A stretch of 64,000 nt of DNA from Candidatus Thorarchaeota archaeon (GTDB lineage Archaea > Asgardarchaeota > Thorarchaeia > Thorarchaeales > Thorarchaeaceae): assembly GCA_019057475.1 (NCBI GenBank), contig DXJO01000010.1:352001-416000 (forward strand), written 5' to 3'. The notes beneath the pieces are model-generated. The model did not search any database and had not been told where the DNA came from. It was given only the letters and a program-made list of their open reading frames with translations. Shown in pieces: positions 20,184 through 30,179 of the stretch (its first letter is position 1; each line of letters begins with the position of its first letter). Position numbers and translations under genes: made by a program.

Positions 20184-20460
20184 GGTGCAAGCCCAGATTA
20201 CAATCCCCACATCGCTACGCCCTCGGGCTGTTATGGACTCATTATCAGTCGGCCATGGTTACAGTTGGATTGTTCTTGTTTCCACGCCTCTGAGGATAGC
20301 TCATGGAAGCACATCAGATGGGGACCTGCCAGAGCTACTGATTGTAGGTAAGACCCTCCTGATGAGCGGGGGAAATGAAGTCTACATCAACCGCTTGAGG
20401 AGGATGCTTGAGGTGTTGTCGGGCACTTCCGTAAGAGTACGGAGGGATGGCGATGTCTAA
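20173..20460 (+). CDS. Small hypothetical protein
   Basis: TTG 20173 follows SD GGAGGTG; fills the gap between coupled genes. Confidence 0.55.
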   Translation: MSTEVQAQITIPTSLRPRAVMDSLSVGHGYSWIVLVSTPLRIAHGSTSDGDLPELLIVGKTLLMSGGNEVYINRLRRMLEVLSGTSVRVRRDGDV

Positions 20461-22804
20461 GGGCGGCCACATCATGGGCTCGAAGCCTGAGCGAGACCCT
20501 CTGGAAGAGATAAAGCAAGCCCAGCTTTGGGTCACACAGAGCACCGAGCTTAGATGGATCGATAGAAGTGTTCGTCCTTCATGGACGAGAGTCTTTCTAG
20601 CAACAGCAGCGATTATCATAGGAACATTCTGGATGCCTTGGCTTACAATCACGATGACGGCCCTAGCGCTAGTCATTCTTTCGATTCTTCTCAACTTATT
20701 CTCGGTGAACAGGACCCTGAAGGAATGGACACGTGTTCCCGAACCTGACCTAGCGGTCGAGGAAGATGAGAAGAAGAAGTACGTCTGCAGCAGGGGAACA
20801 GGAGGCGAGCAGCATATCGTGGGCCTGCACCTCAAGTCAGTTTCCTCCGACCTAGGCGGAGATCTTGGAAAACTCATTCGAGGCGTAGATACTGGGTACG
20901 GTCTGTGCCTCACTGTGGCAATGAGCCCTCAGAATCCCAAGAATATCCTTGAGGGTGATATCCTGCCGGAAGCACTTCAGGTCTACTTGGAGAGCATGTC
21001 ATCAAACGGGCTCAGGGGCTACATGCTTCGTAGAGGCGGCCTGTGGAAGGCAAGCACGTCGGTATATGGACATTCAAGAGACCGATTTGCGCTTCCCCGA
21101 TTTGAAGCATCCGTCAAGGGAGCAATTCCGGAACCCGGCTGGAAGAGAGAAAAGGCCAAAGATATCTTGGAACGAATTGCGACTCTTCAACTCACTAGGA
21201 ATGGCGCATTCCATGCGAGCGGGAGCGAGTTGACGGAGTGGCTCGTCCAGCTCAAGAGCGAACTTGGACCAGAGGTTGGCAGTAACGTACCAGGCGAGTT
21301 CATAGCACCGATACGTGACAGGCTGGGTGATTACCGCCTTGGCGTGACAATCAATCCTGAGACCCTCCAGACTGGACCGATGGCAGGCATGAGTCATAAT
21401 GATCTAACTGGAGGGATGTTGCTCTGTGGAGGTGATTGGCTGGAACGACGCAGAGTAATGATGCTCTTGACCAAGCAGCTTCTGGATGCTGGCAAGCGAG
21501 TAATGATTGTGAGTTCCAAGCCCGAAGCGATGGAGTTCGCAGCTCTTACAGACTCAGGGATCGGGTTGACTCTTGGAACGGACCTCGTTCTCAATCCAGT
21601 CGATGCTGAGGACATTCCGAGAAGTCTGTACGTACCTCAATTGAAGAGGGCACTTGAAACCATTGCAGACACAGACCTGAGTTCTGCGGCAGATTTTGAA
21701 CTGGCATTAGGGAGAGCGGTTGCCTTGTCGAATGCAACGCTCGCAGATGTCACACTCCCAAGCGTGAATGCGGATATGATGGATGGCACAGAGGCGCCTG
21801 TGACGGATAAGCCCTCTCGGAAGACAGAAGCAGGGATGGAAGCAGTCAAGGTGCTTTACCAGGGGTCAGGCTCAAGAGCCTTCTACGGACACCAGACTGT
21901 CAAGCTATCTAGGCTAGCAGAACAGCAGCTGAGCGTCACGGTCATATCATTGGGGTCAATCATTCTTGATACATTCGGGTGGGACCTCTTCAGCATGAAG
22001 CTGGCCGGCCTGCGCAGTGATTCCGATCTAGTTGTGATCTTTGACGGTCCTTTCAATCTCAAGCTCTATGGACCGTACGATTCCAGGTACAAGAGGCGCG
22101 TCCCGTTGACTGATCAGCTCACACGCGATTTGACGAGAAGAGGCCCTTTGATTGTGAGCATTGAGAGACCATCAGGTCTTGCCAAGGAAGTCGTGGCCAG
22201 GTTGTCATCGTGCATATCCCTCCGTCTTCGCGACAACTGGGATATCGGTGTTGCTACAGACATTCTCGGGTTAACGGTCATTGGTCATGGGTTGCACAGT
22301 AAGGCGCGCCAGTCTTCTAGAGAGTCATCATATCTGAGAGTGATGGAGAAGGGAATTGCGTTAATGGTACATGATGGTGCCGAAACCTGCCAGCCAATAC
22401 AACTTGACGATGCCCCTGCTTTACCGCCACCATCGACCGATGAGTTGTCGAACAGGACATCAGGGATTTTCAATGGCGCAACCAGCGATGATGGACACGC
22501 GAGCCACAAGACGCTGATAGGTCACGTAGCTGGAAGTAAGGCTGACTTGGCGGTGAGCGTGCTCAGATTGCTTCAGAGATACGAGCCCCTCACAGAGGAG
22601 GCACTTCGCAGATTCATCATCTCAAGCAGCGGACAGGAGGATATGGATGTCGAAGCGGTGCTTGTCAGGCTGGAACACGCCAGCGTGATCTTGCGGGGGC
22701 ACGAGTCACATGGGGGAGTGTCCTACGCGAATTATCGACTAACCATGAAAGGCACGATGGCACTACACCAGATGGCGGGAGAACAGGCCACGGCTACAGG
22801 ATGA
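20447..22804 (+). CDS. Membrane-anchored HerA/VirB4/FtsK-superfamily protein with degenerate ATPase motifs and C-terminal wHTH
   Basis: 2 N-terminal TM helices; GMLLCGGDWLERRR at the Walker A position; LVLNP; VVIFDGP; LIVSIERPSGL...ISLRL..D matches the HerA SQRPS motif; C-terminal ...RLEHASVI...YRLTMKG. Confidence 0.65.
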   Translation: MAMSKGGHIMGSKPERDPLEEIKQAQLWVTQSTELRWIDRSVRPSWTRVFLATAAIIIGTFWMPWLTITMTALALVILSILLNLFSVNRTLKEWTRVPEPDLAVEEDEKKKYVCSRGTGGEQHIVGLHLKSVSSDLGGDLGKLIRGVDTGYGLCLTVAMSPQNPKNILEGDILPEALQVYLESMSSNGLRGYMLRRGGLWKASTSVYGHSRDRFALPRFEASVKGAIPEPGWKREKAKDILERIATLQLTRNGAFHASGSELTEWLVQLKSELGPEVGSNVPGEFIAPIRDRLGDYRLGVTINPETLQTGPMAGMSHNDLTGGMLLCGGDWLERRRVMMLLTKQLLDAGKRVMIVSSKPEAMEFAALTDSGIGLTLGTDLVLNPVDAEDIPRSLYVPQLKRALETIADTDLSSAADFELALGRAVALSNATLADVTLPSVNADMMDGTEAPVTDKPSRKTEAGMEAVKVLYQGSGSRAFYGHQTVKLSRLAEQQLSVTVISLGSIILDTFGWDLFSMKLAGLRSDSDLVVIFDGPFNLKLYGPYDSRYKRRVPLTDQLTRDLTRRGPLIVSIERPSGLAKEVVARLSSCISLRLRDNWDIGVATDILGLTVIGHGLHSKARQSSRESSYLRVMEKGIALMVHDGAETCQPIQLDDAPALPPPSTDELSNRTSGIFNGATSDDGHASHKTLIGHVAGSKADLAVSVLRLLQRYEPLTEEALRRFIISSSGQEDMDVEAVLVRLEHASVILRGHESHGGVSYANYRLTMKGTMALHQMAGEQATATG

Positions 22805-22854
22805 TGTGATATGACGAGTCTGAAGATGAGAACGCAACCGCAGGAGGAACAACC

Positions 22855-25059
22855 GTGACATCCGCCATGGATACCCCTACCTACGTTAAGGGCGTTCTTG
22901 CAGGTGTGGGACTCACTCCTAGGGGTATCCAGAGCAAGGCAATAGAGGCTGGACTACTTGAGGGCAAGAGTATCATGGTATGTTCCCCTACAGGCTCGGG
23001 TAAGACGCTTGTCGGAGAGATGGCTCTCCTCAGAGGGGTCAGCGATATTCGCAAAGGCATCTACCTCGTTCCCCTGCGGGCACTGGCCACGCAGGTTGTT
23101 AGTGTACTCAGGGAGCGCTATGCTGACCAGGGAATCAGGATTGAGATCTCCACAGGGGACTTTCAGACCGATGGCTCAGACCTTGCTGAGGCTCAGATAC
23201 TTGTAACGACCTATGAAAGAGCAGACTCCCTCGTGAGGCACAAGGTTGACTGGCTTAACAAAATCGGAGTGCTGGTCATTGACGAAGTACAGAATATCGG
23301 GCACACATCAAGAGGCGCGCGTTTAGAGAGCGTCATCATGAGGATGCGGAAACTGACTGAGGACCTCCAGATAGTTGCCCTATCTGCTACTGTCGGAGAA
23401 CCATACATGCTGGCTGACTGGCTAGGGTGTCATCTGGTGGAGTCTGATGTCCGTCCCGTGCCGTTGACATGCAAGCTGGTTCCAACAACAGACCGTGAGA
23501 AGACCGTGCAGCAACTCGTGATGGCCACTGTGCAGGCTGACGGTCAGGTCATTGTATTCCACAGGACCAGACGCGAAACTGAGGCTGAGGCTAACCGTCT
23601 GAAGGATAGTGTGGGGCGACAACTGCGCACTAAGGAACGTACGACCCTTGATAGGGAGATGGACTCCTTGGAGAACTGGAATGTCACAATACCCACGGAA
23701 ATGCGGCCACTTCTACATGATGGTGTTGCATACCACCATGCTGGTCTTGGAGCCCGCACGAGAAGGCTTGTCGAAACCATGTTCGGTCGTGGGTTGCTGA
23801 GGGTGGTCTGTGCAACCACAACACTGGCAGCCGGGATGGATCTACCTGCACGAACAGTGGTACTCACATCCGCAAGGTCTCCCCAACATCACAGACGGTT
23901 CCTTCCCGCTAATCAGGTCCATCAGATGCTGGGCAGGGCGGGTAGACCGGGAAAGGATGTTAGAGGTTTCGGAGTGATTCTCACTGGTAGTCAAGGCGAG
24001 GCTAGGATGCTGACAAAGGAGTACTTTGCGAGTGAAGTCAACCCTGATACTGGAACGCCAGTACTGACGCCAAACTACGAGCCGGTGACTAGCGAGCTTG
24101 GGACATCGACCAATCTCACGGAACAACTGCTAGTAGCACTCGACTTTCTAGGAGCGGCATCCCTTGAAGAAGTCGAGCAGGAGTACCTTGGAGAGTCATA
24201 TCTGTTCCATTGTGGTAGATGGCTAACGAATACTCCCATGAGGATTGTGCAACTCGGTGAGGTGACTGCGCTAGCCGCAATTGAGCGCCACGCCAATCCG
24301 AATATGGTCCGTTCTGCAAGAGAGAACATACTGGGTACGGTCAAGATTAGAGAGCGGGGTGATACAGTCATCGGGGGTATTGTTTCTGTGCTGAGGAGTG
24401 GCCAACAGACATGCAGGTTTTCAGCAAGGATGACATCCGATGGTACGCTGGAGGGGCCGATGTGCTCATGCGGCAGCCCCATGACCAAGCATGGCTTTCT
24501 GTGCAACCATCTTGTTGCGCTTGGCATGGCAGCATCATCGGAGCTGACTCAACTGGCCAATTTCGTCATCCCCCTCGCGTTGAGCGAAACGAGTCCGAGT
24601 GGCCTTCTGATACGTCTTGGACTCTTGGAGGGTGGTGAGGGCGACAAGTTGAGACCCACAACCCTCGGCAGAACTGTGAACAGACTCTACCTCAAGATTT
24701 CAACCTTCAAAGAGATGATGGCTCTTATTCCGACCATTGAAAGTAACATAGTCCTAATGTCGGTGCTGAGACATCTGGTATCACTTGAAACAGGTCAGAA
24801 ACAGGGTGAAACCTTTGACACCCTCATCGCTTCTGTCGCATCAACCAATCTCTCGATGAGAGAAATGGCTCGATTGGCCAACCTTGCTGTTGGCGACGTA
24901 AAAGCACTACTTGACAAGTCGCGCTCGCTTCTATACTCGATAGTGGCAGTGGCAGACAGGGGCAACATGGAGCGGGTGTCAGAGATGGTACACGACCTTC
25001 TTTCGATCATAGATTCAAGATTACATCACATGGAGAGCGAAAACAATGACAGTGACTGA
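22855..25059 (+). CDS. Ski2-like/Hel308-family SF2 helicase with inserted SWIM Zn finger
   Basis: SPTGSGKT, PLRALA, TGD, TYER, IDEVQ, LSAT, YHHAGL, TTTLAAGMDLPA, QMLGRAGRPG; CSC-x10-CNH. Confidence 0.9.
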   Translation: MTSAMDTPTYVKGVLAGVGLTPRGIQSKAIEAGLLEGKSIMVCSPTGSGKTLVGEMALLRGVSDIRKGIYLVPLRALATQVVSVLRERYADQGIRIEISTGDFQTDGSDLAEAQILVTTYERADSLVRHKVDWLNKIGVLVIDEVQNIGHTSRGARLESVIMRMRKLTEDLQIVALSATVGEPYMLADWLGCHLVESDVRPVPLTCKLVPTTDREKTVQQLVMATVQADGQVIVFHRTRRETEAEANRLKDSVGRQLRTKERTTLDREMDSLENWNVTIPTEMRPLLHDGVAYHHAGLGARTRRLVETMFGRGLLRVVCATTTLAAGMDLPARTVVLTSARSPQHHRRFLPANQVHQMLGRAGRPGKDVRGFGVILTGSQGEARMLTKEYFASEVNPDTGTPVLTPNYEPVTSELGTSTNLTEQLLVALDFLGAASLEEVEQEYLGESYLFHCGRWLTNTPMRIVQLGEVTALAAIERHANPNMVRSARENILGTVKIRERGDTVIGGIVSVLRSGQQTCRFSARMTSDGTLEGPMCSCGSPMTKHGFLCNHLVALGMAASSELTQLANFVIPLALSETSPSGLLIRLGLLEGGEGDKLRPTTLGRTVNRLYLKISTFKEMMALIPTIESNIVLMSVLRHLVSLETGQKQGETFDTLIASVASTNLSMREMARLANLAVGDVKALLDKSRSLLYSIVAVADRGNMERVSEMVHDLLSIIDSRLHHMESENNDSD

Positions 25060-26860
25060 AGACGAACGGCCGACACATGAGGCTGAGGGGTCCAAGGCCC
25101 CCAAAGGAGAATTGAAGGCCTACGATATAGTGAAAGTCCTAGAGGCTACTGACCATCTAACTCATGTTTCCCCAAATGGGCTGGTGTTGGGGGTAAGGAT
25201 ATCGGGGATTTCAGGGGCAAGAGGGGTTCACATCGAGATAGTTCATATCCTGGACCTCAGGGAAGCAGTATTTGGCAAGGGTGGTTTTGCCTTACAGGCA
25301 TCAGTTCTTGAGAGTGTTAACAGGGAACTCCCTAGCCTCTTGAAGGACGTTGGGCTTCGAGAACGGTTGGAGGAAACATCACCGTTGACACCATGGGGAC
25401 GAGTGCCCATGCATACTCTGCGTTCTGCGTCTGGTAAGCGAAAGTCCTTGGTCTATGAAACCAGACTTGTTTACGTTGTAACTCAGGATGTCCGATCCTC
25501 TGCGGACCTGAGCTGGTTGACTGCAAATGGAAGGGTGGTCAGTGTGCATGACTTTTCCCTTGCTAGAAAGAGCGACGCAAGAATCATTTTGCCCGACCTC
25601 GAGAAGAGCCTAATCATGGACAAGTGGGATGATTTCTCAAGGGCTGTCCGGAATGGATGGTACGGAGTGCTAGCGGCTGGGGCTAGTGTGCTCGGCGGTG
25701 TGACATCCCTCATGGTCCTGTTATCGAACTCAGGCAACCTCATCGCACCATTGGCCTTCATGGGCGTGTGTGGGGCGGTGGCAGGGCGGCTACTCAAGCA
25801 GTCCCACAAAGGGCTAAACGAATTCCGCGAAGTAATTGAGAGTGAGCAGGCAGGAATTGCATCTCTTGGCGATAGGAAACGTGTGGCGGACTCGATAAAG
25901 AGCAATGAGAATAAGATTAGGCTCATTGGCGACCTGAGCTTTGTGATATCCCCCTTAATGGCGTCTGCATCGAAGAACCTTGAGGATGGCGACGTCAACG
26001 GTGCCGTGGTGCTTGCAGAAAGGGTCTTGGATGAGCTCGTGAGGCTCTCGCCATCTGATGAGGACAAGAAGGGTATTATGACTGGGGACGTTGGGATTGA
26101 GAGATTCATTGGCGTCTTCCGCAATGTAGGCGCAGACCTGACAGAAGCCGAGGAGGTCTCTCTGGCCCTTGCCTACACGGCAATAACAGGACATATCACC
26201 ACGCCACTAGGGGTGGAAGAAGCCCTGACGCATATGGCTGTCTTGAATACAAGTCTATTCAACGCAGGTGTGTTGAGTCCAACAGTGAGGGGCTCCATTG
26301 ATGATATGTTCATCTCTAGAGCATTTCATGTAATCGTCGACGAGTTCGATGAAGATCTTGCCAAGCCAGAAGAGGAGATTGTGCAGACCGTTGACGAGCA
26401 TGGCTCTGGCATGGAGGAGTTGCTTGGGGACATTGCAAAGTCCGGTCCGGTTGCAGAGGAGCACGAGGAGGAGGCTAACCCCAAGGTGGACGAAACCCCT
26501 AAGGATGAACCGCCAGAAGGAGAGTCTGCTGAGATAGAGTCTACAGAGGATGAGGCTAAAGCCGATCGTGTTAAGGCTGTTGAGGTCGAAATCGCGCCCC
26601 CTAGCGAAGCGGAACCTGAAGGGGATCAGGATGATGCTGATGGCAAGGAAGAGCCAATTCCTGAGGCCCCAGATGATGTGGATGTCACAGAGGCAGAGCA
26701 ACCAAAGGCGCCTGTGGTGATGCAGTCTTCACTTGATGAGGTTGAGAAGGAGAAGGATCCCTCTACGGGACCTGAGGTCCTCAGCAGGAGGAATAAAAAA
26801 CAAGCCAAACAGAACGCCATGATTCGAAAGAAGCGGGAGAGTGGAAAGGTCGCAGCTTAA
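25046..26860 (+). CDS. Membrane protein (2 central TM helices) with acidic disordered C-terminus
   Basis: Hydrophobic hairpin WYGVLAAG...GAVAG; E/D/P-rich tail ending in a basic patch. Confidence 0.7.
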   Translation: MTVTEDERPTHEAEGSKAPKGELKAYDIVKVLEATDHLTHVSPNGLVLGVRISGISGARGVHIEIVHILDLREAVFGKGGFALQASVLESVNRELPSLLKDVGLRERLEETSPLTPWGRVPMHTLRSASGKRKSLVYETRLVYVVTQDVRSSADLSWLTANGRVVSVHDFSLARKSDARIILPDLEKSLIMDKWDDFSRAVRNGWYGVLAAGASVLGGVTSLMVLLSNSGNLIAPLAFMGVCGAVAGRLLKQSHKGLNEFREVIESEQAGIASLGDRKRVADSIKSNENKIRLIGDLSFVISPLMASASKNLEDGDVNGAVVLAERVLDELVRLSPSDEDKKGIMTGDVGIERFIGVFRNVGADLTEAEEVSLALAYTAITGHITTPLGVEEALTHMAVLNTSLFNAGVLSPTVRGSIDDMFISRAFHVIVDEFDEDLAKPEEEIVQTVDEHGSGMEELLGDIAKSGPVAEEHEEEANPKVDETPKDEPPEGESAEIESTEDEAKADRVKAVEVEIAPPSEAEPEGDQDDADGKEEPIPEAPDDVDVTEAEQPKAPVVMQSSLDEVEKEKDPSTGPEVLSRRNKKQAKQNAMIRKKRESGKVAA

Positions 26861-27539
26861 GGATGATTCCATGTTCGGGCTTGACGGTCTGATACATCTC
26901 TCGGGAGTGGCTGGTTCTGGCAAGACCCTCTTTGCAGTCGCCTTGGCTTCCAAGGCTACGCGGAATGGAAAAGTGCTATGGATCAACACCGATGCGAAGA
27001 CCGCATTTGTCAATCATCTGAAGGTCAACATTGATTCGGTAGGTGGCGACAGGACAGCAAGCTCTATTCTCCCAATCGTGGGTCACAAGCGTGTTCGAGA
27101 AGCCATTCTCGATCTTCCAAACAGTCTTGACAATAACACGGTGCTTTTGGTAGTCGACCCCGTAACGCGAGCTTTGGATATGTCCCACAGAGAGGATGTG
27201 ATGTGGGGCAGAGAAATGTTCGAGGAAGTGATGCCCACCCTTGCAGGTCTGGTGATTGCCAGAGGAATGAATGTGGTAATAGTGTCTGAGAGCAGGAGCT
27301 TTGACCGCGAGCCTGCTGCTGTGTTTCATAGGTCGATAGAGAGGTGGGCTGATCACGACTTGGTACTGTCTAGGCGGTATGGCGCATTAACCACGGATGT
27401 GGCACGGTATCAGACTGAAGGTGCCGTTCCTTTTGTGCAATTCACATTAACAGAGGAGGGGGTCGTTAAGGTGACAGAATTCAATGATGGAAACAACTCG
27501 GAGGTGTCGGATTGTTCGGGAAGTCGATGCTCCGCGTAG
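26841..27539 (+). CDS. RadB-like / Rad51-paralogue ATPase (no N-terminal domain)
   Basis: LIHLSGVAGSGKT, KVLWINTD, LLVVDPVT; alternative start ATG 26871. Confidence 0.8.
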   Translation: MERSQLKDDSMFGLDGLIHLSGVAGSGKTLFAVALASKATRNGKVLWINTDAKTAFVNHLKVNIDSVGGDRTASSILPIVGHKRVREAILDLPNSLDNNTVLLVVDPVTRALDMSHREDVMWGREMFEEVMPTLAGLVIARGMNVVIVSESRSFDREPAAVFHRSIERWADHDLVLSRRYGALTTDVARYQTEGAVPFVQFTLTEEGVVKVTEFNDGNNSEVSDCSGSRCSA

Positions 27540-28483
27540 TAGGACTGGTAGTTGCTGGTGCCGTGGCACTTGCCATGGGTGCTAGTCTGCTGAGTTCAGT
27601 TGTGGGAGTTGTAACTGCTCTAAGAGCTGGCGATATAGTTCCGTTCATTGTTGTGACAGTGACCACAGTCATCTTCCTTAGACTATCGGCAAACTCTCCT
27701 GAGAAACGAACACCTATCCACGTATTGCTGGGAGTGCTCGGATGGGCATCTGCAATCTACTTATTCGTGGTTGTTCTGATGTGGGTGCTTCCATTCGGAG
27801 TGGCGCCGGCAATCCTTGCAGCAGGTATCACAGCTGTGCTGTGCGGGTTCGTGAGAGATCCAACCGGACTCAATGAGAAGATGAGTCGAATAGCCGATGT
27901 TTCATCATCGCTAGGTCTGAGTCCTAATGGGCTGAGCATCACCTCGCAATTAGACGGCACTCAGTCGATATGGACGAGAATGGAGCGTTTCCGGTACAAG
28001 GTCATAATCATTCCCCACAAGCATTTCGACACAGTGATTGACCTCCTCAAGGATCGCCCCAAACTTCCAGTATCCTTCACACGACTGGAGGATACAGATG
28101 TTCTGATAGTGAGAGATGAGGAGTGGGCCGACAATGTTCTTGCAGTGTTGAGAGAGAGTGGTGTCCATGACGCATATATTGCCTCCCCTCTTCTTGAAAA
28201 AGCGATACTTGCATTCCCCCTGTTAGAGCATGAACACGGGGTGAAGGTCATTGACTATCAATTCACCTATGACGCCGATACTGTACAAAAGCTACTGGCG
28301 ATTCAACCACTGCGAATGACCGTGTATCCCGATCCTAAGGGGCTCGTTGTGATGGTTTTCAGTGACAGTGTGCTCGGGCTCAACCTTGAACCCCTTCCGA
28401 TGGGAAGAGAAGCATCAGCAGTTATGGCCCGTGTTATATCACACCTACACAGAGGTGAACCTACTATTGGCAGTTCCACTTGA
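27512..28483 (+). CDS. Membrane protein (about 4 N-terminal TM helices plus soluble domain)
   Basis: Four hydrophobic stretches in the first 115 aa; SD GGAGGTG. Confidence 0.7.
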   Translation: MFGKSMLRVVGLVVAGAVALAMGASLLSSVVGVVTALRAGDIVPFIVVTVTTVIFLRLSANSPEKRTPIHVLLGVLGWASAIYLFVVVLMWVLPFGVAPAILAAGITAVLCGFVRDPTGLNEKMSRIADVSSSLGLSPNGLSITSQLDGTQSIWTRMERFRYKVIIIPHKHFDTVIDLLKDRPKLPVSFTRLEDTDVLIVRDEEWADNVLAVLRESGVHDAYIASPLLEKAILAFPLLEHEHGVKVIDYQFTYDADTVQKLLAIQPLRMTVYPDPKGLVVMVFSDSVLGLNLEPLPMGREASAVMARVISHLHRGEPTIGSST

Positions 28484-29180
28484 CTCAATTGACATAGCAA
28501 CAGAGCCTGTGACAAGGCTGGTGCCACGACAACTTGACAGGGTGCTAGGACAACTACTGGTCCCCGGTCAGGTCAGTCTTATTCATGGCCCTGACAGGTC
28601 TCCGCTAACGACCATTGCGCATGCTGTTGCGGTGGGTGCTGTCAAGTCCGGTGGTCGATCCGCATACTTGGATTCCGGTACCAACTACAGCTCCGCCCTC
28701 GCAAGGGTGCTGTGCAACAGAAGTGGCTCTCCGGAGGATTTACTGAAGGAAATTGCAGTGGGGCCGGTGATGAGTCTTGCAGATCTTGAGGGCATGGTCC
28801 TTCAGGTGTCCTCCATGGAAGGTATCACCGTGGTGGTAGTGGATAGTCTGACGGGAGTGCTGAATCTAACTGGGGCTCCGAGGAGCAAGGGCAGACAGAG
28901 GAAACTCTTTGCCACCCTTGAGGTTCTGAGGGGTGTCGTGAATGACAACAATATCCATCTGTTCATCACGGACCACTCGGCAAGGAAATGGAACAATGGA
29001 ACACCAAGCCCGATTGGAGGCAACGTCATCGCGCACGGCGTTGACTCTCTCATCAGAGTGGACCGCCTTGCTGTTAAGGAGGGTTTGTTCAGGCTTGAGG
29101 TGGAAAGAAGTCCGGTCAATCCGGCTGACAAGGGAGTGGTCGTACGGATCGGACTGAATGGAATCAGGTCGATCAAATAG
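28467..29180 (+). CDS. RecA/Rad51-fold paralogue with degenerate Walker A
   Basis: LDRVLG...PGQVSLIHGPDRSPLT (no GKT), YLDSG, VVVVDSLT, PIGGNVIAHGVD; TTG 28467 follows SD GAGGTGA. Confidence 0.78.
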   Translation: MAVPLDSIDIATEPVTRLVPRQLDRVLGQLLVPGQVSLIHGPDRSPLTTIAHAVAVGAVKSGGRSAYLDSGTNYSSALARVLCNRSGSPEDLLKEIAVGPVMSLADLEGMVLQVSSMEGITVVVVDSLTGVLNLTGAPRSKGRQRKLFATLEVLRGVVNDNNIHLFITDHSARKWNNGTPSPIGGNVIAHGVDSLIRVDRLAVKEGLFRLEVERSPVNPADKGVVVRIGLNGIRSIK

Positions 29181-29192
29181 GGGGAACTGGGA

Positions 29193-30179
29193 GTGGGCGT
29201 AAAGAAATGGAGCTTCGTGCCTTGGGAGTGGGCAAGCATTGACGAGCTCTCTCCAAGGACAATCGCCATAGACGCTCCGAACTACCTGATGCGCAGACTA
29301 TCAACTATTCGAAGGAATGGCAAGTTCAATCGAGTCCCTCTAAGTCATATTCATGTCGCTCTCGGAACAATCCGCGCAGCACTTCGTATTCATGTCCTTC
29401 CCGTATTGGTGTTCGATGGTCCTCCTGAAACCCTGAAACGTGCTCCCAATCCCGAGCTCATTATCGCAGCTCACGACCTATACCGCACCTTCTGTTCTGA
29501 GAGAGACCCCTACAGCCACAAGCTGGTCAATGACCTGCAGGACAGCCCTGCGCTGAGGATGTACTTTGCAGCGTTTCACGTCAAGGACCTTTGCAAAAGT
29601 TTGGGTATCCCATGTATCAACTCGCCCTCTGAAGCTGAGATGGCGGCTGCAGTCTTGTGTCGTGATGGGTTGGTTGGCACGGTTGTGTCGAATGATGCTG
29701 ATGCACTATTATTCGGAAGTCCACATGTCACAAAACAACTCCATCTTACAAAGAGAGCGATTTTCAGAGCCACGCGAAGTGAGCTTGAAGCCAAGATGGG
29801 CCTAGACCTAGAGCATCTGAGGGACCTTGCTATTGTTTGTGGGTGTGACTTCCACAAGCAGGGCGTGAAGGGAGTGGGGCCTCGAAAGGGAGTAGTTCTC
29901 CTTCAGAGGCACGGAGGACTTGTAGGGCTTCTAAAGGCGCGAGGCTATACCGCATTTCAGAGAGAAGAGTACATCCTCGCACGTGAGGTATTCGACGAGC
30001 CTACTCACATGTCCAGCAATGGGTTTGACATCACTCTCAGGCCTCCAATGGTTCCAATGGCAGTCAGGCTACTCAGCGCTGTCATGGGAACGGAGAAGGC
30101 AGAAGAAACCGTGGCGAAGATAGTACGACTGTGGAAAGGGTTCGGCGAACAACAGACAACACTGGAGCAATTTGCATGA
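29193..30179 (+). CDS. FEN1/XPG-family structure-specific nuclease paralogue with PIP box
   Basis: IAIDAPNYL, VLVFDG, SPSEAEMAAA, SNDADALLFG, GCDF...GVKGVGPRKG, C-terminal QTTLEQF. Confidence 0.88.
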   Translation: MGVKKWSFVPWEWASIDELSPRTIAIDAPNYLMRRLSTIRRNGKFNRVPLSHIHVALGTIRAALRIHVLPVLVFDGPPETLKRAPNPELIIAAHDLYRTFCSERDPYSHKLVNDLQDSPALRMYFAAFHVKDLCKSLGIPCINSPSEAEMAAAVLCRDGLVGTVVSNDADALLFGSPHVTKQLHLTKRAIFRATRSELEAKMGLDLEHLRDLAIVCGCDFHKQGVKGVGPRKGVVLLQRHGGLVGLLKARGYTAFQREEYILAREVFDEPTHMSSNGFDITLRPPMVPMAVRLLSAVMGTEKAEETVAKIVRLWKGFGEQQTTLEQFA

